A stretch of DNA of 64,000 nt, from the NCBI RefSeq assembly GCF_006345805.1, contig NC_043010.1:11842001-11906000 (forward strand). Reading direction: 5' to 3'. The notes beneath the pieces were generated by a model. The model was not told the origin of the DNA, made no database searches, and saw nothing but the letters and a program-made list of their open reading frames with translations. Source of the DNA: Octopus sinensis (taxonomy: Eukaryota). Within the stretch, counting starts at the first letter, position 1, and the number at the start of each line of letters is the position of its first letter. Shown one piece after another: positions 1 to 11,533 of this stretch. A program made the position numbers and the translations under genes.

Positions 1-760
1 GGGTGGTGCTGGCAACGGCCACGATCAGATGGTGCTTTTTTTACGTGCCACCAGCACGAGGCCAGTCGGGGCGGTGCTGGCAACGGCCACGATTGGATGG
101 TGCTTTTTACATGCCACCAGCATGAGGCCAGTCGGGGCGGTGCTGGCAACAGCCATGATCGGATGGTGCTTTTGACATGCCACCAGCACGAGGCCAGTCG
201 GGGCGGTGCCGGCAACGGACACGATCAGATGGTGCTTTTTTTACGTGCCACCAGCACGAGGCCAGTTGGGGCGGTGCTGGCAACGGCCACGATTGGATGG
301 TGCTTTTTACGTGCCACCAGCACGAGGCCAGTCGGGGCGGTGCTGGCAATGGCCACGATCGGATGGTGCTTTTTACATGCCACCAGCACGAGGCCAGTCG
401 GGGCGGTGCTGGCAACGGCCACGATTGGATGGTGCTTTATACATGCCACCAGCACGAGGCCAGTCGGGGCGGTGCTGGCAACAGCCACGATCAGATGGTG
501 CTTTTTTTACGTGCCACCAGCACGAGGCCAGTCGGGGCGGTGCTGGCAACGGCCACGATTGGATGGTGCTTTTTACATGCCACCAGCATGAGGCCAGTCG
601 GGGCGGTGCTGGCAACGGCCGTGATCGGATGGTGCATTTTACGTGCCACCAGCTGGCAATGGCCAAGTTCGGATGGTTTTCTTACATACCGCTGGCACTG
701 GTATCACAGCTGCAATTTCCATTGATGTTGATCGATTTTGATTTCGATTTTACCAAAGAT
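1..760 (-). mobile_element. RTE-LINE 3' UTR fragment (family B) with expanded 66-68 bp tandem repeat, at least 10 units, running off the window edge
   Basis: Unit GTGCCACCAGCACGAGGCCAGTCGGGGCGGTGCTGGCAACGGCCACGATCGGATGGTGCTTTTTAC starts at 45, 111, 177, 245, 311, 377, 443, 511, 577, 643. A related unit and the same downstream flank occur in family B copies at 35.5 and 39.7 kb. The 35.5 and 57.5 kb copies adjoin RTE C-terminal coding remnants. Confidence 0.75.
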
Positions 761-1954
761 GGTTAAAAACCATGATTTCGTTGTTGCTGGCTTCAGTCAT
801 GTTTTGTCATTCAGCTGTTTAATATAAATGTTTACTTGAAGCTAATATAAGATTTGTATCGTAGATGATAATAGCTTTCAGTTCCAGCTGTGCTTAAAAA
901 TTTAGTTATAATATAAACTAGCATAGAATCTCATACCATGCTGACCTTTGTGCAGCTCTGCAGTCTGATTGTTATAACCTCTCATAAACTAGTTTACATA
1001 GTCAATTGGCAACCTATTAGAAAGATACAAAATGAATAAAGCATGACAGATAGTAGATGACAATAAACAAACAGCTCTACCTCATTTATGTTGACCTGAA
1101 AAAATAGCTTCCCACAAATATCTATTATTTACAGGCTAATGGTTGGTGAGGAAGATACATATGACTAAGGAGTAATGGGAAGGCTTTGGAGACAACATAT
1201 TAGAGAGATAAAAGTAGATATATAATTGGCAATGAATTCAGTAATATGTTTAGAATACATCAAAGTGTATTTTTGTGACTCTCTTTTTCCATTGTAATCA
1301 TGTTTAAAATTTTTCTTCATTGTTTAATCAGGGGAAGAATAGTGCTCATGGACTTCTTCAGGGCCTCTGTGACTTACGGCAGGAAGAGAAATTGCTATCC
1401 TTAAATCAGTGAACTGACCTGGATGCTTGCAACAGAGGGAATTTTGCTAAAGGTTTCTAAGGGCTCTGTTATGCAAGAACTTGAAAATGGTCTCACACTC
1501 AGATTTCCACTCACATTTTCTGCCAATTAAATTTCACTCTCAAAGCTTTGTTTGATCTGAAGTATGGTAAAAAAACACTTTACATGCTAAGAATCAAACT
1601 CTATGTAAATGCAAAGCAAATTCTTTCACAAAAATGTTCTGTGCTAAATTACACCTGCCGAAGTGTTTAACTTGGGCTCCCAATTCCTAATGGAGTCACT
1701 GGACATTTTTAGATTCGACCATCCCTAGGTCTAACCACAACAAATTCCTTCAAGAGAGAACGTATGTGTGTATGCATGTGTGTGTGTGTGTACGTGTGCA
1801 TGTGTGTGAGAGAGAGAGAGAGAAAGAGTGAGTGAGAGAGAAGCAGACAGATAGAGAGACACAGGGGCAGACAGAAAAAAGAGAAATAGAGAAAAATCAA
1901 CCCCTAATCCAGAACTAATATTTTACTTAGTTCTATATTTAAGAGATGAGGAAT

Positions 1955-2228
1955 TATGTACATTATTTACATTGTTTACATTTGACAGATATTTGTCCTT
2001 GTCTTGTTTGTTGTTAACACAACGTTTCAGCTGATATACCCTCCAGCCATCATCAGGTGTTTTGGGGAAATTTCGAACCTGGGTTCCCATTCCTAAGGTA
2101 TTTTTCGAAGGCTTGGAGGGTATATCAGCCGAACCGTTGTGTTAATAACAAACAAGATGAGGATAAATATCCGCCAAATGTAAATAATGTAAATAATGTA
2201 AATAATGTAAATAATGTAAATAATGTAA
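1955..2228. mobile_element. Penelope-like (PLE) pseudo-LTR fragment in inverted (fold-back) arrangement with (TAAATAATG)n tail
   Basis: Arms ~1955-2048 and ~2109-2228 are reverse complements. They contain a CTGATGA...GAAACGTT hammerhead-type motif. A related copy lies at 23.65-24.0 kb. PLE assignment rests on known association of such motifs with PLEs. Confidence 0.65.
2016..2061 (-). ncRNA. Minimal type I hammerhead ribozyme motif
   Basis: Minus strand reads AACAC-CUGAUGA-U-GGCUG[GAGGGUAUAU]CAGCU-GAAA-C-GUU-GUGUU. This gives stem I AACAC/GUGUU, an intact core, a 5-bp stem II, and a loopless palindromic stem III (AACGUU). Confidence 0.7.
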
Positions 2229-2769
2229 TATTTTATTTATCAACCCTGAAAGGATGACAAGCCAAGTTGACCTCAGTGATATTTGAACTCAGAGTACAGG
2301 GATTCAGTAAAAATATCACTAGGCATTCCGTCCAACGATCTAATGATTCAGTCAGCGGGCCATCTTATGTAGAAATGGTTTTAAACCAACAACCAGACCA
2401 TTCCAAATTAAATCATAAGGTATTACTTTAAGTTCGAAGTTTTTTGAAGCCAAAGATCTCCGAAGGTGAACAAAATCAAGGTCCTCATTAGTAGTAGGAG
2501 TCTTTGTAGTTCAAAAGATTTGTAGAGATGGCTACATTCAATTTACAGGAAAGGAGCAAGATGAAACTTGTAATATTATGTAGCCTGTGAAATGAACGGT
2601 TTCACAGAAGATGCACTAAAATTTGGAGAGATTGGCAACGAATCAAGAAGTTAAGTGCATCAAATGTACTTCAGAGTAAGCAGTTAAGAGCTTTTCAATT
2701 CTTTAACTATTTTGTTTTATTACTTTTGAACATCTATCAGACATCATAAATTTCTCTCTTTCTTTTCTT

Positions 2770-2973
2770 TATTCTTTTACTTGTTTCAGTCATTTGACTG
2801 TGGCCATGCTGGAGCACCGCCTTTAGTCAAGCAAATCGACCCCGGAACTTATTCTTTGTAAGCCCAGTACTTATTCTATCGGTCTCTTTTTGCCGAACCG
2901 CTAAGTGACGGGGACGTAAACACACCAGCATCGGTTGTCAAGCAATGCTAGGGGGACAAACACAGACACACAA

Positions 2974-3016
<43 letters not shown>

Positions 3017-3072
3017 TGCAACAGGCTTCTTTCAGTTTCCGTCTACCAAATCCACTCACAAGGCATTGGTCT
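2770..3072 (-). mobile_element. SINE family A, 5'-truncated
   Basis: Matches the 3' two-thirds of the full copy at 10689-11110, including the (GAGTAAAA)n-type tail. Confidence 0.85.
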
Positions 3073-3305
3073 ATTTATAAAAAATGAAAGTTTAGTACAT
3101 CTTATGAAGCTTCTGGATGTTATATACCAAAATACCCAACTGATTTCGATAGTTAACTTACACTAAGTGAATGAATTCTTGTGGAATGCTTATAGTCTAG
3201 AGAATGGCTATGAGATGGGATCTAATGTATGTAATATAGTGAATTACAAAAATTTTATTAATGAAATTATTCCATTTGTAGGCAACTCTCTAGCAAGGAT
3301 CTTAA

Positions 3306-3526
3306 CCCTTTTGTTACCAACCCGGCTGAAACCAGCTCTGGCTCTTTAGTATAAATGTCTTGTTTCCATAAGTTTTGAATTCAAATCTTCCACCAAATCT
3401 TAGTCACAATTTATGTTCCTAACACTAGCTTAACGATAACGATGTTATTTTACTAAATTCTTTGTTATATTTAAAATAATTGGAAGAAACACAGATCGTC
3501 TCAAAATAAATACAGTAACGAAAGGG
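3306..3526 (+). mobile_element. piggyBac-like MITE
   Basis: TTAA on both sides (3302-3305, 3527-3530); termini CCCTTTTGTTAC...GTAACGAAAGGG; second copy at 20405-20624. Confidence 0.8.
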
Positions 3527-3530
3527 TTAA

Positions 3531-3915
3531 GAAGCTTGCCTTGTAAACACATGGCTCTGGGTCCAGTCTCATTGCATGGCACCTTGGACAAATGTTTTCT
3601 ACTATAGCCTTGGACCATCTAATGTCTTGTAAGTAATTATGATAGACAGAAACTGTGTGGAAGCCTGTTGTAAATACGTCTGTCTGTCTGTGTGCATGAG
3701 TGTGTGTGTATGTATGTGTGTGCATGCTGTTGTGTGTGTTTGTGTATATGTGACTCGGTGTTTATGTTGTATTTGTCTCCTCTCTACCACTTCATGGGCA
3801 ATTAAGCACCAGGCTAAAAATAAATATTGGGGTCAATTAGTTTGACTAAAATCCTTGAAGCCAGTGCCCCAGATGTACTGCAGTCCAAATGACTGATAAA
3901 GTAATATATAAAAGA
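3531..3915 (+). mobile_element. SINE family A, diverged
   Basis: Degenerate head (catggctctgggtccagtc...gcaccttggacaaatg), internal TG tract and degenerate 3' part. Confidence 0.65.
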
Positions 3916-5167
3916 TAAAGCTAAATCTCCCTATAGTGTTTAAAATCTAAAAATGAATTTTAACATACTCCAAAAGGAAGAGTTGATATTTGCATCCTAA
4001 TTGTGCGAATAAATCCACTTCACACAAGTTTCTCCACTCACAGTATTACATGAATGAAATCCTAATGTATGCACATTCTTCAGAGATGCTGTCCCTTAGC
4101 CATATTGTGAAATAGTTATCTTGCTAATTAAAGCAAGATTAATTAAAGACAGCAGAAATTTTTAGTGCTGTTCAGTGCTGGCACATATCAATACAGAACT
4201 TACTTGTTCTCTCTTTCTCCTATCTCTATCAACACCAGTCATAGCATTTTAATTATATCTCTACGCATTTATGGCATACTTCTAATATCTTGGAAGCATC
4301 ATTAGAAAAGAGGTAGGATCCTCTTGATAACGGTATTTCTGGTTAGCTGTATTCAATCTAATGTAGACATGCTGATCCAATGAGGTCAATATAAACAGGG
4401 CGGGCTCTCTATGATGCTTTTACAGCTATCAGTATTACTTCTGAAGTCATGGGGAAATTAAATTTTGCATTAAGTTGATGCCGCTAAATTCCACCAATCA
4501 GCTAGAATCTAATTAAATCCTTTGTTAAAACGATGCTGTTGATTGTCATTCTATAATCACTTAATTATTACCTTTTAAGTTCATTACCTTCATATTTCAC
4601 TAGTAGACCCATTAATGCCAGTTGGATATTTCCATTTTTCTAGCCAATACTAATATTTAACCTGTGGTACATTCTCATTCATTTCCATGTCTAATTCCAT
4701 CGAATACAGCAGACCATGACTTTATTTCTCTCCGCTGCATACACCACCACTCTAACTTCAGCATTCCATTCCAATCATGACTCCCTCCCAGCTAAGATCT
4801 TAAATTTACTTCTCTCAACAATAACAACTAATGCATAGCACAGTCATGGTTCTGATCTGGAAACTACTGAACTGAATAGAATCGTGATTGGGATGTAGTT
4901 TCTATAATAACGCAGTAATGAACTAAACATTACAAAAAAAAAACAAAAAAAAACAACAACATTACTTTGCTTTTTCCTTTTATTCCTTAGAAATATACCT
5001 CCAGGGCCAAAACATTAAACTGTTAATGAAGATATATACATAAGAATAGCAATGCATGATAGTAGTTAATCATAAAACACCATTATGTCATTACTAACAC
5101 AAAGAACTAACTTTGAATACTTTTAACACTGACATTAAAATTTCTTAATGCTTATTTATATTTGTAA

Positions 5168-5766
5168 CTAAGTAGTATCGCCCGGCGTTGCTCGGGTTTG
5201 TAAGGGAAATAACTATATAAGCATTTTTAGAGAGTTATAGCCAAAAAATAGCAAAAAAATGCATTAAAAATGGAAAAAAAATCATGGTAAATTTTTTTTT
5301 AAATCGTTGACTCATCGTAGACATTTTTAGAGAGTTACTTCCCTTATATAATAGCGAAAAAATGCCTTAAAATGGAAAAAATGATGGTAATTTATTTTTA
5401 AATCGTTGACTCATCGTAGACATTTTTAGAGAGTTACTTCCCTTATATAATAGCGAAAAAATGCATTAAAATGGAAAAAAAATGATGGTAAATTTTTTTT
5501 TAAATCGCTAACTCATCGTAGACATTTTTAGAGAGTTACTTCCCTTATATAATAGCGAAAAAATGCATTAAAATGGAAAAAAATTATGGTAATTTTTTTT
5601 TTAAATCGTAGACTCATCGTAGACGTGCGCTAATACCCAGAAGGGCTCAATATAATCACGACTATAAGATACCCAGTTTTGGTTAAACTGCACCGCAAAA
5701 TGGGGAAGTAGTTAGGAATCTAAATCGTAGGAGACAGACACACAACCTGACTTTTATATATAAAGA
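5168..5766 (-). mobile_element. Non-autonomous Helitron with internal ~100-bp tandem repeats
   Basis: Minus strand: A^TCTTTATATATAAAAG 5' end, subterminal hairpin CCCGAGCAACGCCGGG, 3' CTTAG^T, no TSD. Related copies at 41173 and 50696. Confidence 0.8.
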
Positions 5767-6177
5767 TTATGGCTTATTTTATTTAAGTACACATTCATTT
5801 GAGTAGCAGCAGTATAAAGTAGATTAACATCTTTAAGTCTATCCATACTTGAACACTACTCACAAAGCATTACATCATTAGATTCTTCTGTATGTTTAAG
5901 ATCTAAAACCCATCAACATTATAATTAATAACGATATGAGTTCATTCGAAGTTATAAAAACAGTATAGATGTGTATTTAATGACACGGAAAATATTTTGA
6001 TGAATACTCTCTGATTGTGTTTAAAATGAGATATTTAATTATAGATTACGAAACTTTAGAGTTACATCGTAGTCCTTAACCACTCATAGACCATTTGCCA
6101 AATTCTCCAGACTGAAACATAGGTGTCTACATCTTTTGAGAAAGAACAATAGGATACTAATCTTTCTAACTAGTAAA

Positions 6178-6502
6178 CACCCACAAAGTTATCAACCACC
6201 TCACCAACAACAACACTGAACACCTTTTTGATCTTCATGTATCTAACATACATGGACATGCCTACAAAGTCAGAAAACAACACAGCTCCCATGACTTTCG
6301 GAAACATTTTTTCACGCTCAGAGTTGCTGAAGCATGGGATAAACTGCCTACGTCAGTTGTTGACTGCCATGACACTGCATCCTTTAAGGCCCTCATGCTT
6401 TCCGAAATCCGCCGAAACTACACCTGATTATACATACACTTTAGATGAGTTGTAATGCACCTGAGCACTGTACACAATGTTTTATTATTATTATTATTAT
6501 TA
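6178..6502 (+). mobile_element. CR1/L2-group LINE 3' end (RT C-terminus, 3' UTR, (ATT)n tail)
   Basis: Translates to THKVINHL...SNIHGHAYKVRKQHSSHDFRKHFFTLRVAEAWDKLPTSVVDCHDTASFK. This fits the CR1 C-terminal pattern RGH..KL...R..FF..RV...WN.LP..VV....FK. Confidence 0.8.
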
Positions 6503-8499
6503 TAGTAAAGAGAAGGATTAGAAATATTAAATACCATCGCGTACCATCAATTATAACACGAAGTAGGTCAGTGGGATCCAGAGACTGCAATCCTTAGAAT
6601 ACATTCTTCTTCTTCTTCTTCTTCTTCTTCTTCTTCTTCTTCTCCTCCTCCTCCTCCTCCTTCTGCTAGCATGGGTTGGACGATTTGACACGCATACACA
6701 CTCACATGCATACATATATCAATTAAATTTGGGGTGTATGTGGTGCCAAGGGGTAGAATTGCAAACTGTGTATGTAACCCTTTTGCTACCTCATTTCTGT
6801 TGAAATACATTCCCTCTGTTTTAATTAATTTTGAAAACACTAAAAAATTTAGTAAAATAACTTTATCATTACTAAGCTAGTACTAGGGACCAGTTGTCAC
6901 ACAATAGGGAGGAGACAAACACAAAGACACACACATACACACATCCAAATATAAATATATGATGGGCTTCCACACAGTTTCCATCTACCAAATTCATTTA
7001 CAAGACATTGGTTGGTCTGGGACACTTGCCCAGTAGAGTAACTAAGTAGCGGACACTTGCCCAGTAGAGTAAGTACTGGAATTTTAAAATAAGTACAGAG
7101 GTGGATTTGTCCAACTAGAACTGCCAAGGAAATGCCCCAGTATGGCCACAGCCCTATGGGTCAAACAAGTAAGAGATTAAAAGATAAAGGATAAAAGAGT
7201 GATACAGTGTAATATACAGTGAGAACATATTATATCTATTTTAATTTCTAGCTTGTTTCTCAGTCAAAAGCATTAATAGGTGAACAGAACAGAGTCAGAG
7301 AAATTTGACTTGGTAGGAACATGGTTGATTTGATTCTTCCAGAAATGTTATACAGGGTCGCTGAACCATCACAATATTTTAACCGAGAGAAGAAATTGAT
7401 TTTACAGTCACGTAGGTATATGTATGAGTTTTGCGTTGTGTTCATATGGATTAGATGGAGGAGATAATAAATTTTAAAACTTGTGTCGTATCTCTATTCT
7501 TATGACTGAATAATCATGCATCTAAAGGTGTTTGCTAGAGTTCATGAATGTAGTTTTCAGGATTTTGCAATATATGAAATAGAAGACAGCAACCACAAAA
7601 TTACGTCTGTTGCATGTCTAGGTGGTCGTTGAATTTAAAATTTGAATATTTTAGATATTACAGAGTACTCATACACGATACCGCTATCTATTCCTTTGCA
7701 TGTTCCCTTTACATATTGCTCAGCTATGCGATGAATATTTAAATTTATCTTCTCTCTTGTGTCTATTTTGTGCGTGTGTTTTCACTCAGTTCATTCATTC
7801 ATGTCTGAACGTAGATCTGCGTATTAGCATTTATGCATATAGAGATTGTTATAAATTTACTGGACATATTTCACCAAAAAGAATATAAAAAGGCTGTATT
7901 TGTTTCTATATGTTTATGCGTGTGTGTGTGTGTATTTGCTGATAGATATTTCATACCAAATTTACAACATAGGGAAAGTTTGATGCAATTATTCACAACC
8001 ATATTTTGATATAAATCCTTATGAATAATTCAACCCATATTTTCGTACGAGATATCGTAATCAAGAGTATGCTTACGATACAGAGAAAACAATCTAGGAA
8101 CGGAAGTTACCACAAGCAGTTATCTATAGCTATTATCTTTTCCTTGTGTTTTATAGAACAGCTTAGTTTGCAATTTGTAGATATCAGGGAAGGATCCACA
8201 TTAACATATAACATGTTGTTCCCTTAATTGGAACTGTTAAAAAAATCTGAGAAGGAAGACTAGAATATTCACAGCTAAATGTTTAGAATTCTTCTCCTGG
8301 CAACCACAATCAAGATCAGTTGAATATGATGTAAAGCTGCATAGAGAAATAGCTTGGCTATACTTTCAAGTATGATTCAAATCAATTATTTGACACATGG
8401 TGCGGATCATGAAAGCAGAAAGGAGGAAAAAAAAGACAAAAAACGTGTGGCAATATTGGGTGTATAACTGAAGAGTAATATCTAAGATGTTACTCCTCA

Positions 8500-8529
8500 A
8501 CCATCACTGACACCACCACCACCACCACC

Positions 8530-8563
<34 letters not shown>

Positions 8564-8611
8564 TTGTTGTTGTTATCATTGCTCTCACCATCATCGCCAT
8601 CATCATCCTCG

Positions 8612-8642
<31 letters not shown>

Positions 8643-8890
8643 CATCTTCCTCGTCTTCGTTGTTGTTGTTGTTGTCATCATCATCAACATCATTGTCATT
8701 GTCATTATCATCATAGTCGTCATCGTCGTTATCATTATCTGCAGCAGCAGCAGCATCTTAGTCATTGTTGTTGTTGTCATCAACATCATCAACATCATCA
8801 TCATCATCAACATCATCATCATTGTCGTTGCCATCGTTGTTCTCACCATCATCACCAACATCATCATCATCATCATCTTCGTCGTTGACA
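8500..8890. repeat. Complex (CAC/CAT/CGT/TGT)n trinucleotide tract
   Basis: Directly visible low-complexity tract. Confidence 0.9.
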
Positions 8891-9049
8891 ATTCTGACAG
8901 TTCATCCACGAAATTAGACACTAAATAGCTAAATGTACAACTACATGTATAAATATAATTTACCCATTTTTTCTGCTGTGCCAATGGCAATTCTGCATTC
9001 GAGGTATTATATCTAATTTGTATTGTTTAAAATACATACATACTATATA

Positions 9050-9094
<45 letters not shown>

Positions 9095-9177
9095 CATATA
9101 TATATTATATATATATATACATACATCCTACATACAACATACATACATACATATATATATATAATATACTTACTTTA

Positions 9178-9514
9178 CTTTTACTTTTACTTGTTTCAGT
9201 CATTTGACTGCGCCATGCTGGAGCACCGCCTTTAATCGAGCAACTCGACCCCGGAACTTATTCTTTTGTAAGCCCAGTACTTATTCTATCGGTCTCTTTT
9301 GCCGGACCGTTAGGTGACGGGGACATAAACACACCAGCATCGGTTTTCAAGCAATGCTAGGGGGATAAACGCAGACACACAAACACACACACGCATACAT
9401 ATATATATATATACATATATACGACGGGCTTCTTTCAGTTTCCGTCTACCAAATCCACTTACGGAACTATGTAGTTGGTAAACAAGCTACTTACCACACA
9501 GCCACTCCTGCGCC

Positions 9515-9515
<1 letters not shown>
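9178..9515 (-). mobile_element. SINE family A with internal deletion
   Basis: Tail, body and head all recognisable; the segment between ccactcacaagg and ggaaccatgtgg is missing. Confidence 0.85.
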
Positions 9516-9559
<44 letters not shown>

Positions 9560-10379
9560 TTTGCATGTATGTGTGTGGGTGGGTGTGGGTGTGTTGTTCC
9601 TCACCACCACTGGACAACTGTGCTAGCTTGATTACATTACATTCTGTAACTTAGTGGTTCAGGAAAAGAGATCGATAGAATAAGAACCACACTTAAAAGT
9701 AAGTGCTGGGGGTCAATTTGTCCAGCCTTTCAAGGCAGTACAGTGCTCCAGCATGGCCACAATATAATGATTGATACATGTAAAAGATGAAATTATTGGC
9801 AGAGTCATTAGAGCGCTTGGACAACATACCTGAAACAATTAAAATAGTAAAAGAGTATGAAATAGTCTCAACAAGCATAAAAGGAAAGTCTAGTACGCTA
9901 GCAACGAAATGGTGTTTTATTAACGGACTACCAAAGCAGACAGTATAATTAATAAACAGCTTAGAACTTATAAATTAATTTTCACACTAACAGCCTTTTG
10001 CACTCTGTTTCATAAAACGCTATCTTCCAGATGCATTATTTATGTTTCTTTCCTCATTTGAGATATTTGTAGCATTTGGATATTAAACAAAGGCTTTTGA
10101 GTTCAATCCTGAACTAAGCCCATGTACATGTGAGTGTGTGTGTGTGTGTCTGTCTGTGTGTCTGTGTTGTGTGTGTGTGTATGTTTCTATTGCCATTGCC
10201 TCCACCATAACCACCTTCTCGAATATGTGCTGAGTAGAACTTTGAGTTTTGTTTGACTTTATGTCAACTAACCCGTCAGTGAAACTTAATGGTCCCAGTG
10301 AGTGCAAGTATCAAATATATGTTTATATGTGTGTATAAGTATACATATATACATAGCTATCTATCTATCTATCTATCCA

Positions 10380-10437
<58 letters not shown>

Positions 10438-10688
10438 TATATACACACACACACATGCATGCACATAAATACATGTAAATATTAACATACATGTATAATA
10501 TATATATGTGTTGTGTGTGTGTGTGTGTGTATGTATGTATACACACATATAGATATATAGATATATAAATAGATATATGTGTATGTGTAAATATATATAT
10601 TATTATTTTCAGAATCATGAAATCAGGACCACTTATCAATCATCACAGTAAATATATATATATATATTATATATATATAATATACATA

Positions 10689-10859
10689 GGTGCAGGAGTG
10701 GCTGTGTGGTAAGTAGCTTGCTAACCAACCACATGGTTCCGGGTTCAGTCCCACTGCGTGGCACCTTGGGCAAGTGTCTTCTACTATAGCTTCGGGCCGA
10801 CCAAAGCCTTGTGAGTGGATTTGGTAGACGGAAACTGAAAGAAGCCTGTCATATATATG

Positions 10860-10892
<33 letters not shown>

Positions 10893-11110
10893 TTGTGTGT
10901 CTGTGTTTGTCCCCCTAGCATTGCTTGACAACCGATGCTGGTGTGTTTATGTCCCCGTTACTTAGCGGTTCAGCAAAAGAGACCGATAGAATAAGTACTG
11001 GGCTTACAAAAGAATAAGTCCCTGGGTCAAGTTGCTCGATTAAAGGCGGTGCTCCAGCATGGCCGCAGTCAAATGACTGAAACAAGTAAAAGAGTAAAAG
11101 AGTAAAGAGT
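10689..11110 (+). mobile_element. SINE family A, full length (tRNA-like head, CORE/MIR-like segment, internal (TA)n(TG)n, (GAGTAAAA)n tail)
   Basis: A-box TGGCTGTGTGG, B-box GGTTCAGTCC, segment GCACCTTGGGCAAGTG resembling MIR core GACCTTGGGCAAGT, imperfect TSD atatacata/atatgcata. More than 20 related copies in the window. Confidence 0.9.
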
Positions 11111-11533
11111 ATATGCATACATATACACATGTATGCATCCATACATCATACACACTCAGACATATGTATATATATATATATGCCACCTAACAACAAATTG
11201 TTAAAAACGGCAAAGCTAACTTTAATTGTTCATAAGTCAATTAGTCAGTTTTAATCATAGCTTATCCAAAATATTTAGATATGGACATTTCAACAGTTAT
11301 CCATTATGAACATTATACAATTACTTGTGTGTCCAGCATAAATTATCCAAGACTAATTATACATGGTAATTTTAGTTTACACTGTCCCCAATAGAAATTT
11401 GCATATTTATGTCTACATCTTAAGTTTGCTTTATCAGAATTGATTGTAGCATTCTTGTAATAAGTAATTATGAATTTTGCTTGTCTAGATTTGTTAATTC
11501 TCTTCTTAATATTTTCTTGAAGAGCAGTGAGCT

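Noticed and set aside
1-700. CRISPR array or protein-coding repeat ORFs
   Set aside because: Units are contiguous with no unique spacers, the context is eukaryotic, and the ORFs are open only because the GC-rich unit lacks stops.
1332-1412. Short frame NSAHGLLQGLCDLRQEEKLL resembling the start of a BTB domain
   Set aside because: Stops after about 26 codons, lacks the following CDV motif and has no convincing donor; likely chance.
4090-4500. Possible minus-strand exons around a gtaagt donor at ~4200
   Set aside because: All frames upstream of the donor contain nearby stops; no recognisable protein.
8490-8990. Poly-Met/Asp/His/Ser ORFs (also 19.5, 21, 54 and 57 kb)
   Set aside because: Translations of (GAT)n/(CAT)n tracts, several of which are LINE tails.
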